50,346 nt of DNA, taken from assembly GCA_029717555.1 (NCBI GenBank), contig JAMDHS010000047.1, forward strand, positions 124,001 to 174,346. The letters run 5' to 3'. Source of the DNA: Peribolospora baueri. Taxonomy: Eukaryota. Positions 20,469 through 34,749 of the stretch are shown here, in pieces (positions within the stretch are counted from its first letter, which is position 1; each line of letters opens with the position of its first letter). The notes beneath the pieces were generated by a model, which saw nothing but the letters and a program-made list of their open reading frames with translations, made no database searches and was not told the DNA's origin. The position numbers were made by a program, and so were the translations under genes.

Positions 20469-23400
20469 ATGGAAATTCGTTGGTCATACTTGCTCTCTTT
20501 AAGACGGGTCAACCCCCTTCTCTACAGCCTCCTTGTCGCTCTCCGCGGGGGTCAACCGTCCTCTCAATTGGAGCGTGAGTGGCGTGGGCATTTCTGGAGG
20601 AGGGCGTCATACGGGGCGATCGACGCGTATTATATTATACAACTGCGGCGGGAATTATCAATCGGGCAATCACTCGACCAACGATCACTCACTTCACTCA
20701 TCCCCTCCTCCGTTTTCACATATTCCGCCCGTCACGGCTTCTCCATTGCCGCCTCTGTCGCCCTCTCGGGGGCGACAGCTCACCCGTGCACCGCCCGTCG
20801 TCAATGCAGGCGACTCGGGCTTTAGCGCGACGTTCGCTTTTCGCGGGCCCAGCTCTTACCAGTCGGCCACGACTGCCACTGGCTCTGGCGGGGGAAGCGG
20901 CTTCAGCTCTCAGTATGGGTCACTTGCAACACGCCATCATCCTCGAACGTGGTCGGGAATAGCAGCAAGAGCGGGCGCGGAGGCCTTGCTGGGGGGCTCG
21001 AGTGGGTGGGCCTCACGATCGGAGGAAGCGTATGGTCACTCCAGCGACGCTGATGGCCCCACTTTCGGGCGCCATTGCGAGATTTTCTTGAATGAGCCTG
21101 TGGGGAGCATGAGTATTAGCCCTGGTGAGCCGCTGAAGACTTGAAGCTTACAAGCTAGAGTAGCACGCTTAGACGGAGGCTTCCTGCTCTCCTTTGTTTG
21201 TCCAGCCCACCGCGACGTCGTCCTTGCTGCGTGAGACCCAGCGGCAGCCGCGGCTGGCGCTGTTCATCATCTTCATGCGACTTGACACTCTTGCTGATTA
21301 TCCCTTGTCCACCCCATTTACCCCTAACAACTAGTCGTAAAGGCCTTTTCATCATTGACCTGGAAAATCCATACGACACTCCGCGCTTCCTGCCCCACCT
21401 CACTACTTGGGAGGTCGCCGATATTCAGTGGAGTCCTCACGCGGCCAGGAGCAATTTGTTGGTCTCAACTGTGAGTTGTACAACATACTGGACGGCTGAG
21501 ACATTAGCTGGCTCTGATCGGTATCCTACTTCCTTCACCCAGTCCAATCAGAAGCTCCTGGTCTGGAACTTGGAAAAGGCTCATGGTACAGCTGTCGAAC
21601 GTGTCCTTCACGCTCATACGCGTGCTATTACCGAGTGAGTGATCCGATGATGCTTACTGTCGGCGTAATCCAGCCTTGTCCATCTGATGGCTCTTCATTC
21701 TGATTCAACAGCATCAATTGGTCTGCTCACTACCCGGACATCGTCGCCTCGTGCGGGATTGACACGTGGATCTGGACGTGGGATTTGAGGACACCACAAA
21801 AGGTCGTGGCCGGATATTGCGCTTGGAATGGTACGTAGCATTGAGGGGCCTGTCAGACGTGGACATGCCTGAAAGCAATTCTCCTTTGTGGACTCCAGCG
21901 GGGGCTACTCAGGTCAAATACAACCGTCAGGACCCGCATTTACTGGCCTCTTCTCACGACAACAAAGTCCTCATTTGGGATGATCGAGTCAGTATGCACT
22001 CCCCTTTAGACGTCTCAGCATTTGTCTGACTATATTTTCTTTTCATCGAGCAGAAAGGCTCTGTCCCAGTAACGACGATCGAGGCACACAAGGCAAAGAT
22101 CTACGGCATCGATTGGAGTCGTATAGAGACCGGCAAGATTGTCACTTGCTCTCTTGATAAAACTGTCAAGGTGCGTCTCTTCCTTCCAGTGACGCGATAA
22201 CACACTCGCGGGGCTGAACTCGTTTTTTTTAACGTCTGACAGCTCTGGGACACTGCCAACCCGACAACGCCTTCAATCGAAATGACAACGCCGACTCCGA
22301 TCTGGAGAGCTCGAAACCTTCCATTTGGTCGCGGTGTCATGACCCTACCGCAGCGCGGGGATGCCACGCTGTCCATGTGGGCATTTGATAAGATCCATAG
22401 TCCAATCATGCGCTTTGAGGGTCATCAGGACGTAGTCAAAGAGTATCTGTGGAGAATGCGCGGTGGAGCTGATCCGTCATGCGGTGAGCTTGTAGACTGG
22501 TGAAGGGTACTGTGGTCGATGGACGCTCACACAGAGGCATTTACTTCGGCATAGATGACCGAACGTTCCAACTCATCACATGGTCAAAGGACCAGACGCT
22601 CCGCCTTTGGCCGATATCCGAGGAGACAATGAAGGTGGGTGTTGAGACTTACAACCTCGTGTGTATACAGGTCCGTGGGCAGTATTTTGATTCATCTTCC
22701 CTCCTTACAGGAAGCCGGACACGTACCGGGATCCCCGATTCGCGTTCGTCTGACGAGATCAGGCGCCGAAAACATCACTTACCGAGTTCCTCGCTCTCAG
22801 CCGCAGCAAACGGATAGTAGCATCCAGCCTCCCTCGTCCGCTCTGCGTGCTCTCGTGGGAGGGCGGTCGAGCTTGCGCAGTCATCGCCTTTCCACGCCGT
22901 TTGCCAGTCCACCGGCCGGTTTGATGTCTACCTCTGCACCTGGCGAAGACAATGGGAGCTTGTACGGAAGCTCCGCCAGCGCCGCCGGAGGCAACCAAGG
23001 GAAGCGGAGCTTCGATCATGTCCGCTCTCATGACGAAAGGCCGAGCGTGTTTCACCGGCCAGGAGGGCATAGTACGGCCCCACACAGTTCTCGGTTTACG
23101 CGCGCTGCCATGTCCGCCTTCCTTCCTCGGCCTGCTGGTCCACCGAAGGGGTTCATGACTCGCGGAGCATTAGGGGGCGCTAAAGGAATGGGTTTCGATG
23201 CAGTGGGATGGATGCAAGGAGTCAAGCTCCATGCGGAGAAGCCCATCGAGCAGGCGGTCGAAACCGAGGTCAAAGAGGACCTGCCTCAGCTTCTGGAAGG
23301 CTCAGGGAGGACTGGAAACGGCTCAAGGTCACGACCGAGCTCGGCGGAACGGCCGAGCACAAGATCGGTTTCGAAGATTAGGGCGGCACCTGATTCGACG

Positions 23401-26277
23401 GCTTATGATAGTGGGGGCCCCGTCAGGTACCAGAACTTGGGAGAGGAATTCGCTGCCGTGAGCAAGAAGTTTCCGGCCATTCAGTTTGAACAGGTGAGCC
23501 GCGTGTTCGCGTGGACACCCTCTCTGCAGGACTTGCTTGACCATTATATTCCTCTTCGACGCAGGTCGAAGTCCAGAAGCGCACGTGTACCATAAGTCTG
23601 CACGGTCCGTGGGCTGAGGACGGTCATGGGCACTCGTTCCTGCGAATCACCTTCCGCTTTCCGAACTCATACCCACCCAAGGCGTCCGGCTCGACCGCCT
23701 TGCCTCAATTCAATCTCGAAAAGAGCGGTGCGGTGTCGTTCAAGTCGCGGACGTACATGCTGCGAAAGCTGGACCAGATCTTGAGGAACAACACTGCGGC
23801 GGGAAACAGTTGTCTAGAAGATTGCATAAAATTCTTGCTTGGAGAAGAGCGGTTAGAGGACGGCTTTCTCCGCTCTGACGAGGACGATGCGGAAGCGAGT
23901 TCCGAGAGCGATGTTGAAACCGGCGTCGTCAAGCGAAGGGACTTCCTCCACGAAAACAACCAGAACGTGCCGATTCCGAGACGCTGTGGCGCGTCTTGGG
24001 GCCCGAACGGTAAGCTTTTCGTATTGGAACCTTTCTCTTTGTTCACCCGGCTCAAAAACGCTGTTTTTTGTCTTTCTTTAGGCGAGCTCGTCGTATTTTT
24101 CCGCTCGACATCTGATGCAATGCCTCGCAGACGACGGTCTGAGGCGAGCCCGGCGCCGCCTCGTAGGCTGCAAGGCAAGGCCGATGCTCTTTTCGACTCG
24201 TACAATACCCTCTCCAACGCCATGGACAAGCTCAGGCGGATTGGCCGCAGCATAAGCGGTCCAGAATGGGATTTCGAGGATGAGTTCAACCTGGAGGCAA
24301 TGGAGACCGGTCATCTGCTGAGTTCGGATTTCATCGAGCGTCGAGTAAGTAGATACCGTCTTCCGAAGGCGAGAGTCTCAGCTCACGTCGCCTCTTCTGC
24401 ACAGTTACGATCACGTACGCGTGATTCGCGTCCAAGCGACCTTTCGGAACGAGGCTGGTCGCTCCAAAGGCCAGCCATCAGCATATCCTCGAAGGTTCAG
24501 GTCAGGAACTTTTCCCACTTAATGCCTGCGTCTCGCGAGCTCGCCTTGGCCTATTGTCTTCCTGGACCCGGTCGATCACCGGTAGAAGCGTGTATGCGCA
24601 ACGCGAGAGTGGCGCGTAAAACGGGGCGCAAGAGCCTTGCTCGCCTTTGGAAGGTCATGGGTTCAATTCTCGCAGAAAGCGTCCCAATCTACCGTGCCAC
24701 GTGGGAGAGGAGACGACCATCGGCCCTCTTGGACAACGACGGGGTTATGTCCTTTTCAACCAAGGTGGCCTGGGGATGTAGCGCTCATGGACAGCGATGG
24801 ATCACCGAAGTGTGAGTGGCCTGCATCCACAGGTGACGGTGAAGCCTTGTGCTCAATTCTTTCATTTTTTTCATCGCACCAGCCTGCATCATCTCGTTCA
24901 TTTTGGAGACGTGCAGACGCTCGGCCTGTTGTCTTGTGTTCTTCTGCAGTTCCGTTCTTTTCCTACTCAGCCGATGGGCGGAGGCGCCATTGGCTACTTT
25001 CCGGGGCCCGAAGACATGCAGGGCTCCTTCCCTTCGAGAGGTTCTTGGTACCCCGGCTCGCCCGTCGCCTCTTTCTGCGGTCCTTCGCTCCCTCCGGGCA
25101 CCTCCCATTCTCGACTCGCACAAGGTCGAGCGGTGCCTTCTTCCTCCGCTTCCCGTTCCAATACCGGCCTTGCAAGCCAATCTCAACGTCCCCAGCCACG
25201 GAGAAGCTTGACCAGTTCGCTGCAGAATCAGTCTGGTGCAGAGTCACCCACGCTCGCCACGAAGGTTGGTCGCGGCGGAGTACCAAAGAAGGGTAGCCCA
25301 TCTTCGTCCTACGGGTCCAGCTTGCCAGGGCCGCTCGCAAGAACCGTAAATGCTGCCCACACGTTCTTCGGGCCTGCACTTTCGTCTAGTCACAGCAGTG
25401 GCGGTGGGGACCTGCGTGCCAGTCCGAGCGATCTCTCTCATCAGCCTTCGTCTGCTCGCAACGGCCCTGAGGAGACGAGCACGTCGACGCCTGCGAAGCA
25501 CCTCCGTCTCATTCCGGCTGGACTGACCGATGAGGAAGAGAAAGGGTGGGTGTTTTGAGTTTGATGTCGAAGCGATCTATCGAGTCTGATGCTCCATCCC
25601 ATTTCTCTTCTTGAAGGCCCCTCTCGCAGCCGATCTACGTACCTCTCCTGGACGCAGCGTTGGCGGGGAGGTTTGAATGCCAACGATTGGCGTATGCCGA
25701 ACAGCTTTATCGGTGGGGCTTTTTCGAGCAGCGCACCGAGCTCCTCTGTCTCTCCTTCAGAGGATTTGTTGATCGACAGCGGGCTAAGGCCGTGCTGAAC
25801 GCTGCTGGACGTGGGGATTTCCAGACGGAGGCATTGAGTGAGTGCTCAGCAGTTATTGGTCTTCGGCCTTGTGGAAGTTACTGAACGCCATCGGACGACC
25901 GTCTCCCGCTTCCTGTCTAAAGACATCAGCTGGCTCTGCTCGAATTGCGGTTCCCACGACTCAATGGATGATGTGAGCGGGCGTCTATTTTGCTCGGATT
26001 GTGACCGCAGGCAAGCGGGATCAGTTTGCTCTATATGTCACGGACCCATCACGGGTGAGTTCCCTTTCTCTCTCCTTCTGAGCATGGTTTGTATGTCAAA
26101 CAGCGGGTTAACTAGTCCTGTCTTCTCACTTGACTCTCACCAGGCTCGTCCCGGTCTTGTCTGTCATGTCTGCATGAGACGCATGCGACCTGCGCGGCTT
26201 GGTACTTCAAGGATCAAGATGAGTGTCCGGCGGGATGCGGATGCTCGTGCGAAGGCGGATCGTCGGCCGTAACCTGA
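20469..26277 (+). CDS. MTC5: WD40-RWD-RING protein Mtc5/Sea3/WDR59 (SEACAT/GATOR2 subunit), about 18 exons
   Basis: VGSMSISP-AHRDVVLAA-RKGLFIIDLENPY..PRFLPHLTTWEVADIQWSPH; HAHTRAIT; ATQVKYNR; PIWRARNLPFG; LITWSKDQTLRLW; RWD domain (ITFRFPNSYP); NVPIPRRCGASWGPNG; GDVQTL; YAEQLYRWG; C-terminal CSNC..CSDC..CSICH..CxH..H..C..ECPAGCGCSC. The start at 20469 via intron 20479-20527 is tentative. Confidence 0.95.
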
Positions 26278-26869
26278 CGGGGGTCGCTTGACGGCAAGGC
26301 CACCAGCCGCACATGGTTCTTTTGTTTTTCCACTGAGATTTTGAGACTTGGAGGATAGGTGGACCCGGGAATGCGACATTTGCAACCAATCTGAGCCAAA
26401 CAAGTGCAGGTTTGCCGCCGCGCGAAGTATAGGCAGAGCAAGAAAAAAAATACACCAATGAGAATACTGCCGGTCTTTAAGCACATGCTCCAGATGAGCT
26501 CCCCTCATCACATCAAGTCAACCTGTTGTGATCTAGGAACAGTGCAGGTGGCCGTTGCACAGGATCGATGCTGTGTTTGGGAGGAGTCAAGGACGGTGAC
26601 GACGTTTGACAAGCCATGGCCATGCCAAACACGCCTTGGAACGCCTCCTTTCTGATGAAGAGTCTCAGGTGCACACCATTTACGACCAAGGGAGGCGGGG
26701 AGGTTTCTCCAGCATGGCAATTGACCGTCAACAGCTCATGGCCAATATGTTCGTTTCGGCAACCCGGTCTCAAGATGATGACGATGCATGTGTAATTATT
26801 GTCTGGTTAAAGAAGTATGCGCTTTCCTTCCTCCCTTCCTGCGCACATGGCCGTACCTTCTACAACTAC

Positions 26870-29166
26870 TCAAACAATCTTTACGTGGACGCTGGGCGAT
26901 CCGAAGAAAAGGGTAGCAAGATGATGGATGAGAGCAACCGAGATGCGTCAGAAGCTCGTTGTATGTAGCGCAAGTTCTCACGCCTCAAGAAGGAGCAAGA
27001 TGAGCAGCTAATGGGATCTCGCACTCACCCCTTGGTTCTCATGAACTGATCGAAGCCGAGCTTGCTGAGTGTCAAGCCCCTCCCGGAGTCCTTTACGCCC
27101 GCCCAAGGCAACTCGGGATCAAGATAGTCGCACCGGTTGAAGAATACGGTGCCAGCCTCGAGCTGGGCAGCAAATACATTCATCTCATCGTCGCTCGACG
27201 AGGGGATCGACTTTGTCCACACGCTCGCCGTAAGACCGTAGGGCGAGTCGTTCATCTTCTCAAGCGCTTCGGCGTCCGAGGATACCTTCATGATGGGCAA
27301 AACAGGGCCAAAGGTCTCGTCCATCATGACCGACATTGTGTGGTTCACGTCAGTGAGGACGGTAGGAGCCACGAAGGCTTTGCTTAGTGTGGGCAGGTTG
27401 GGGAAATGAGACGTAGGGACGAGGGACTTGGCTCCCGCGGCAACTGGAGAGAAACACGGAGGAGTTAAAGGGTGAGCATCGAGGACAAAAGGCGTATAGC
27501 AGGCAAACGGAGGGGAAAGGGAAAGGGAAAGGGAAAGGGAAAGGAGGTAACGCACTAGCATCGTCGATCTGCTTCCTGATCCTCTCGGCGGCTTGAACGG
27601 AGACTACAGGTCCCATGGTCGTTTCCGGGTCTTGAGGGTCACCAAGCTTGTACCCCTGCGAAGCACGGGTAGAGTTCAGCAACATTGGGACAAAAAATGC
27701 AAGTAAGGGCACAATGGGGGAATCAGCGCCGAGGAAGACGGGATACATCCTGGTCATGTCTGGAAACCTAAGAAAACACATTCTTATGATCCAGCACGTA
27801 CCTTGACGACCTCGACAACCTTGCGAACAAACTCATCATACACTTTCTCATGCACATACACTCTCTCGATAGCGCAGCAGCTTTGTCCTGCGTTGAACAT
27901 GGCGCCATCGACGAGCTCTCCGGCAGTGTAGGCCAGGTCTGCGCCGAGGCGGACATAAGCCGGGTCCTTACCGCCGAGCTGTGTCGACCAAAGGGTAAGA
28001 AGTCAAAATTGGGCATAGACGAGACGGGTAAAACGAGTGTTCTTGCACCTAGGGGCGCACTCACCTCAAGCCCAACGCCCTTGAACCCTTCCCCATTAGC
28101 GGCCGCCTTGCCAACACGCTTCCCGTTCTCAACAGAGCCGGTGAAAGCGACAAACTGGATCCTCGGATCCGCCACGAGCTTCTCAAGCTGGGGAACCGTA
28201 GTATGGGCGATTTGGATCACATCCGCGGGAAGGCCTGCCTGTTCGAAAGCCAGCTTAAAGCGCTCGCCTGAGAGGGGGGTTTGCGGCGCCGGCTTGAGGA
28301 TAACGGAGTTGCCTGGAGATCAAGAAAAGGTCAAAGCAGAATTTGCAGCGCAACAGGAGGGTAAGCATGCGCTCCTCCGCCTGCATAAATCGGAGCAACT
28401 CGGTCTACGGCCTGGCGGACAACGCAATGAAAAATCTACGCGAGAAGTCATGGCAGCCACCTACCGGCGAGAATTGCAGGCAACACGGCATTGATCTGGA
28501 CAAGATTAGGGAAATTCCAAGGGGAGATGACGAGCACAGGACCGACGGGCTCCTTCCTAATGTATCTCGTAAATCCGGGCTTGCCGGAACAAGGAATGTC
28601 GGCGAGGGCCTCCTTGGCGGCCGAGATCATGTAGCGGGAGCGCTCCTCCGTGCCGCGCACTTCTCCTGCGCCATAGCGGATGGGCCTGAGAAGAGAAAGA
28701 AGTGTGGGTTGGATGGATCGCCACCGCGCGAACAAGGAGGTATCACTCTCTCACCTTCCGATCTGAAGAGTAATCTCCTTTCCCACTTCATCGCACATCC
28801 CGACGAACGCCTGAACGAACTTCTCGGCGATGGCGATGCGCTCGTCAATGGAAGTGAGTCTCCACTTCCTGAAGGCTACGTACGCCAAAGAGGAAGGGAT
28901 ATATCACGGTGAGCACAACCATATGTTTGCAGACGCAACGTGATGAGTTGGTCGAAGAAGGCCGCTCTTCGCTCACCTTCCACAGACCTCCGCACGACCT
29001 CATCGAGCTCGTCATCCGAAGGCAGCTGCCGGACGACGACCGGCTTGCCGTCCACAGGGCTATGAGGCCGTATCGAAAAAGTTTCAGTGAGAAAAGTGCG
29101 CTTTGTGTGTGGGCTCACAGCGCAGCAGTCACAGACACACCTGATCGTCGTCTGAACGTTCGCCAT
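26870..29166 (-). CDS. NAD(P)+-dependent aldehyde dehydrogenase, multi-exon
   Basis: MANVQTTI start; EPVGPVLVISPWNFP; KPAPQTPL; FTGSVENG; GLE-LGGKDP (catalytic Glu); FNAGQSCC (catalytic Cys); ETFGPV; PYGLTASVWT; last exon GVHVKIV* at 26891-26870. Confidence 0.96.
27513..27542 (+). repeat. (GGGAAA)5 repeat in an ALDH intron; potential G-quadruplex on the template strand
   Basis: Five GGG tracts separated by AAA are seen directly. Confidence 0.85.
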
Positions 29167-29553
29167 TGCTCGTGGTAGATGGTGGTGAGGAAGAAGTGAA
29201 TGTCTGATCGCGGCTTCAACCTGCCGACCACGTGCAGTGCCGCGGAAGATAAGGCCATTGTCGCCGAGACTCAAGACGTCGAATCGAATCGACGGCATTG
29301 GGACAGCACGCATGCAGTGTTCAATGTTAATCCCCTGCCAAGCGGCCGCTGTAGCATACATGGACATGGCGGAATGTGATCTTTACTATCCGAGCACGAA
29401 CCTCAACCGGTGAAACGCCCTCGCCCCCCCGCGGCCACCACGTAGTGCGCGCATCAAGCGGTCTCTAACGCACGCCAGTTGCAATTCCGTTGCGAAAGGT
29501 ATCTAGCACAGAAACCAGAAAAAGAAAGAAAAAAGGACTTGACGTCGTCATCC

Positions 29554-32500
29554 TCACCGCGCGGTCTCCCGATAGAACTTGCCGGCCTCCTCGATCCAAC
29601 CGTGCTCCAACTGGAGCCATTGCGCCACGAGCTCATCCTCCACCTGAGACTTCCGAGCCATGTCGATGGCTTTGATAGTCACGTCGAACGCAGCGCTGAC
29701 GGGGCGGTGGTCAGAGACGGTGGGCTCGAAGCGCTTGTAGAAATGAGGTACGATGCGCTCTTGCCGTGGACATCGATACAAGATCCGGTCGCACCACGCT
29801 GGGATGCGCGCTTTCTCGGACGAATCCCAGATCTTCGTCCCTCGGTCGTACTGCCGGCGGAAGGAGAGGGGAAGTGAGGGCGCAAGTCGTAGGGCACGAA
29901 AACGAGATTCGATGACTGACGAAACGCACCTTGTATGTTGGATCAAAATCAAGCCGCTGCTCTGTGAAGCTCTTCAGCCTGAAGGCCGGGTTGTTCTTCA
30001 GCTCCTTGAGAAGCTGATCGTTCTCCCTCAAATGCTCCAACTTGTGCTCTGCGATCGCCCGGATACATTCTTCTCGGCGCAAGTCGATGCGGTAGTTCAG
30101 GTCGCCGTTGAGGAAACAGATCTCGTGATCGAGCACCATCGATCCGTCTCCACCACCGACATAACACCCGTCCGAGGTGGGCAGCTCAGCGAACGTCTCC
30201 GCCTCGAGGATATCCATCACATCGTTGTTCCGCTGACGGACGTGCCTCTGCCCCGCTGCGAGGTGGCAGTTTACGAAGCAGAGGGACGTATCGTCCACCA
30301 CCATGCGAGCGACGATCGCTCCCTGCAAAAATTAGCACGGAGCCTCTAAGTCAGTTCTCATCGTCCTGTCGCCAATAGCACAATCGAGACTTACACCCCC
30401 TCACCTTGTTCCCGTACCGGCCCCCCATGCCCGTCTTGACGGTCGTGACGGCGATATCTCGAAGCCTTTTGTGCTCGGCGTTCTTGATGAAAACGCAAGT
30501 GAACAAACCGACGAGGTTCTCCGCATGCACGACCGTGTACGGGCACTCGGGCGGCATGGCCAATCGGACAGCTTGCACCAGTCGCTCGTACCAGAGACGA
30601 TAGGCTGCAGACACGCTGTCGGACATTGGGGAGGACTTCTTCTTGGAGAGCAGCATCGTTTCTGCGATGGACAACGGCATATCTGCTTATCATCCCTACT
30701 CTCTGTCTTTTTTACCAGAACGTGAGACTTACTGGCAGTCAGCTTCTTGTTCTCGAGATCGATGAGCTCTTGGAAGCCGAACACGATGATGTCGGGGCTA
30801 TCCACGCTGCGCAAGCAATTGCTGAGGAACTCTATGTTGTCCACCACGCCAAATTCGGCGTGTCGGGTGGCGAGGTCTGCCGGCGTAGCCGCATCGACAT
30901 TCCAGGTCGTGATGAGCACCCGAAGAGGCCGGTAAGTGCAAAAACGCGCCTCCTGCTCCCAGAGTTCGTGCTCTAAGAGTGCCCGAGAGGGCAGTGTATA
31001 GACGAAAGACGAGATCAGCAACGTCAAGCGAAAAAGGGGCACTGAAGGAAGCGAAGCAAAGCGGAGCGATCGATGACAGAGACGACTCACCGAACCAATC
31101 GGCGGTACAAAGGCCGTCCCAGACGCGTACGCACCAGTCCATACCGGCGCTAACAACCCTCAGCTGACCCTTGCTGTCGAGACGGCTGGGCTCGACGACG
31201 ATGCGCGTGACGGGCTCTTTGTGCGCCTTCCACATCTTCTTCACTCTCCACGGCCTAGTCTCTAAGTTGTACACGCATATCGCCCCGCTCCTGTACCCAG
31301 CCCAGAGATACCGTGTGACACCCACTAGAGTTGTCACCTGGGAGGTCGTGATACGGTGCACGGCGACGCAAACGTACGGCGCAGACGGGGAGGACGAGGT
31401 TGCTCCGTCGGACATGCCAACTGACACCAAGGGGGTGCGATCCTCCCATATGGACACGTGGCCCGTCTCGTGTCCGAGAAACACCTTACCAGGTTGAGAG
31501 GGAAGTAGCGTACCGGCGGTGACGGCTCCTACGCCTGTAGCGAGCTCGTGAGGTATACCGATCGGCCTGGGAGTGACGTTGAAGCCGCCGTCTCCGGAAG
31601 GCGAGGTCGACACGGGCTCGTAGATCCTTATGCTCGGGCCCTTACCAGTCGCGAGCGCAGTCTTGCTCCCCGCAGGACCGGTGGACACCCAGAGGCGGTA
31701 GCCTAGCCAAAGGACGCGGAGGCCGCCTTGCTTGGAGGCGTCGAGAGCGATGCGCTGCGTGCGCGGCGAACAGCTTAGATAGGTCGACTTCGAGACGGGA
31801 GTGGAGGCATCCGCCGAAGGGGAAGGGGAGGGAGAAGGAGAAGACTGGTGGTGGTGGTGGTAGGGTGGCCAGATCTGCATCTTCCCCGACTCGTCTAGCG
31901 TGACCATGTGGTCAGCCCTGCCACGGTAGATGCCGATGACGGCAGAGGAGTGGGCGGAGTGGCGGACGTCGACGATCGACGACGTCTCCAGGTCCAACTC
32001 CCACAGCTGACCCTTGTTTGTGCCGCACCACAGATATCGACCGTCTAGGTTCTCCATGTCCTCGGCTCCTGCCCCTTGTGTTGAATCGTAGTCATGGTTG
32101 CTGCCGATGCCGCGACCGACCTTAAAGGCCATGGCCGTGATCTTCTCCTCTTTGCTCTCTCCGACTGTATTGACCTGCCTCACGCTCCCGGTTGTCATCA
32201 AGGGCAAGTCCATGTTGAACACCTTGACGTGATGACTGCCCGTGACGATCCATCTATCGGTGACGGCAAAAGCGTTGAAGTGATTCCGAGCATCGGCGTA
32301 CAGTAAAGGTTGATTGACGAACGACGGCGGACGCCGGTTGGCCGTCGTTGTATCGGGCATTTCCTCCATCATCGCCTTGGCCTTGGCCGCTGCAGGCGGG
32401 ACGCGGTCCTCGTCCTCCGAGCTGCTCGAGCCGCCGTCTTCGGGAGTCAGCCGTCTGGCCGGCGGCTTCTCCCCTACGTGCAAGGTCCGCAACGGGGGGG

Positions 32501-34271
32501 GAGGCGGCTTATAGGCTTCCGGATCTGACAGAGACAAAGTTGCTCCAGGCTCATCTGCGGGGGAACGGGCCCGTGTAGGTTCCGGCCGTGGACGGTCTGG
32601 AAGGGGAGGAGCAGCGACTTGAGATGCTGAGGGGGATACCGTCCTTGCTCCAACGGCGGCGGAATGCATCGGAGGAGGTAGCGGGGGTGTTATCGTCGGT
32701 GTAGCCGTATGAGACGCCGCAAGGCTGTCTGGTGCAGACTCGGGCCCCTTTCGGCTAGGCAAAGAGGGAGGCGGCAAAGGCGGCGAGATGGCGATAGAGG
32801 AATGGGCCATTCCGGGCGAGGAAAAGGGTTGGTGACTGGGGGTGGGCCGAGGGGGTATAGCGGGAGGTGATCTTGCCGACAAGGATGGTAGAGAGCTTGA
32901 CGGCCAGTTGACGACACCCAGACCTGCCCCGCCAGACAGACTGTGAAGGCCGGCGGAAGAGGTCGTGATGTTATCTATGCCTATATGCAATTCTTCTGCT
33001 CCCGTTGATTCCGGATCCGAGAAAGGATCTGCCGTGCAGCTTTCGTCCTGGGCCGTAGAAGACATCCCTGCACCCTGGAACGATTCTTCTGATGGGCGAG
33101 ACTTCCGGTTTACTGTAGCAGGAGAGCCAGAACGCGCTGCCCTTGGCAGAGACGAGACTGGTCTTCTGCTCGGGCTCGTCGCCCGACCAGGCGAGGACAA
33201 CAGGGAAGGAGATGTCGTCGCTTCTTGCCCACCGCTGACAACAGTCGGTCGGGTGCTGAAATTGCGAAGGGTCTTCGGGACAGGAGGTGCACTGGGGACG
33301 ATTCCCTGACCAAACCGCGAGGCGAGCGCCTTGACACCCCTTGTTGGCAATGCTTCCGTGATATCCAGCCCGGCTCCCGTATCAGGGAGTGGGAGAGGGT
33401 TGTTGACCGGAGAGCTCAGCGCTCGACTGTGGGATGGGGAGACAGGCCTGGATGGGACAGGAGAGTGTGAAGGAGAGGGCGAGGGGGAGAGTTGAAAAGC
33501 GGACCTGGACGTGGGGACACAGAGTGATGCCGACATAGGTGGCGGAGGCGGGGGAGGCCTACTCCCGAGGCTGGTCGCACTGCCAGCAACGACGTTGGGA
33601 AGAGCAAACAAACCAGAAGCAGAAGTAGAGGATAGGCCGGGCTTTGGTGGGCGCGCCGGCGGGCTGTTACCTCTTCTCCCTGGCGACTTGTTCGGTGCGA
33701 CGGCCCGGGTCCTTGATGGACTGGGCGGCGAAGAGGGTGCAGCACTGGTGGAACCGTGAAGCGGGCCTGCTTGCAACGAGGAGCTGGACGAGGAGAGGTC
33801 TGGCACGGACGGCGAGGACCTCATTGGCACCGTGACACTCAAACTCGGCTTCCTCTGTTCCCCTCCATCCTTGTCTCCGTCATCGCCTTGGCTCCCAGAG
33901 GAGATGAATCCAATCTCGTCGCAAGTCGCAGAGGGAGAGGCGGGGTTGCTCGTGGAGCGTTGACGGCCGTGTAATCGTGCTGCTCCTGCACCACCGTTGT
34001 CCGAAAAAGTGCCCTGGTACACAGGTCCTGACGGCGACCGGCCAGGCGTCCAGAGCCGTTGCACGCTCGGTCTCGCCGGCGTATCCTTGCCACCCGGACG
34101 GTCAATGGAAGGAACATTGGAGGCGCCAGACCCAGAGGGAAAGGGAGGGCTGTTCTGAGAGAACGCGGCGGCCCGTTGGAAGGCTTCGAAACGTGATTTG
34201 AGGGAGGAAACCCCAAGTGGAGGCGGGAGATCCGGGTCCTCATCACGAATGATGGGGGACGGTGGGGACAT
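29554..34271 (-). CDS. Inositol polyphosphate 5-phosphatase with Pro/Ser-rich N-terminus and WD40-like region
   Basis: IPPc motifs: ITTWNV, FGFQELIDLE, LVGLF, KTGMGGRYGNKG, CFVNCHLAAGQ, GDLNYRI, FDPTYK-YD, RIPAWCDRIL, SDHRPV. The AUG at 34271 starts MSPPSP. Confidence 0.96.
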
Positions 34272-34749
34272 GGCGGAAAAGCAGGCCCTCAAGGCCTCAA
34301 AGAGACGTTAGCGAGGAAAAAGCGGTGGAAGTACGGGTGGACGCGAGGGGAGATCCCAGCCGGCGAGAGTGGTCTGGCGTCCTTCCCAGACCGACCTGCC
34401 CAACGACGGCGCCGCCAAACCGGGTCAAGCAAGAAGGCGAGGGCGCGCCGGTCGATGGGCGCTGCAGAAGGACGGACGAGAGACGGCGTCCGCTGATCAG
34501 GAAGGAGCGAAGGTGTCCGCCGACGTCGCTGTTTGTTGCATCGCTTACTGTATCCACCGCCTTCATGCTGCGGCAGCTCCACGGCCGCTCGGGTCTTAGC
34601 TGCGGCGAGCCGTCGGTAAGCCAGGAAGCTCGGGCAGTCGCGATCACTTTCGACTCGCTCACGACTTCGATTCTCGTCGCCGCCTCTCGCCTCTCGCTAT
34701 CTACCCATCCCGTCACGGCGGAGGCCGAGCCCGGTCAGCGACTTACAAC
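34272..34749. promoter_or_regulatory. Probable bidirectional promoter between the 5-phosphatase and the Zn2Cys6 transcription factor
   Basis: Head-to-head start codons with 478 bp between them; inferred from gene layout only. Confidence 0.55.

Noticed and set aside
21635..21711. ATGATG...CTGA in an MTC5 intron resembling a C/D snoRNA
   Set aside because: The C box is imperfect (ATGATGC), the segment is too short, and CTGA is explained by branch-point sequence.
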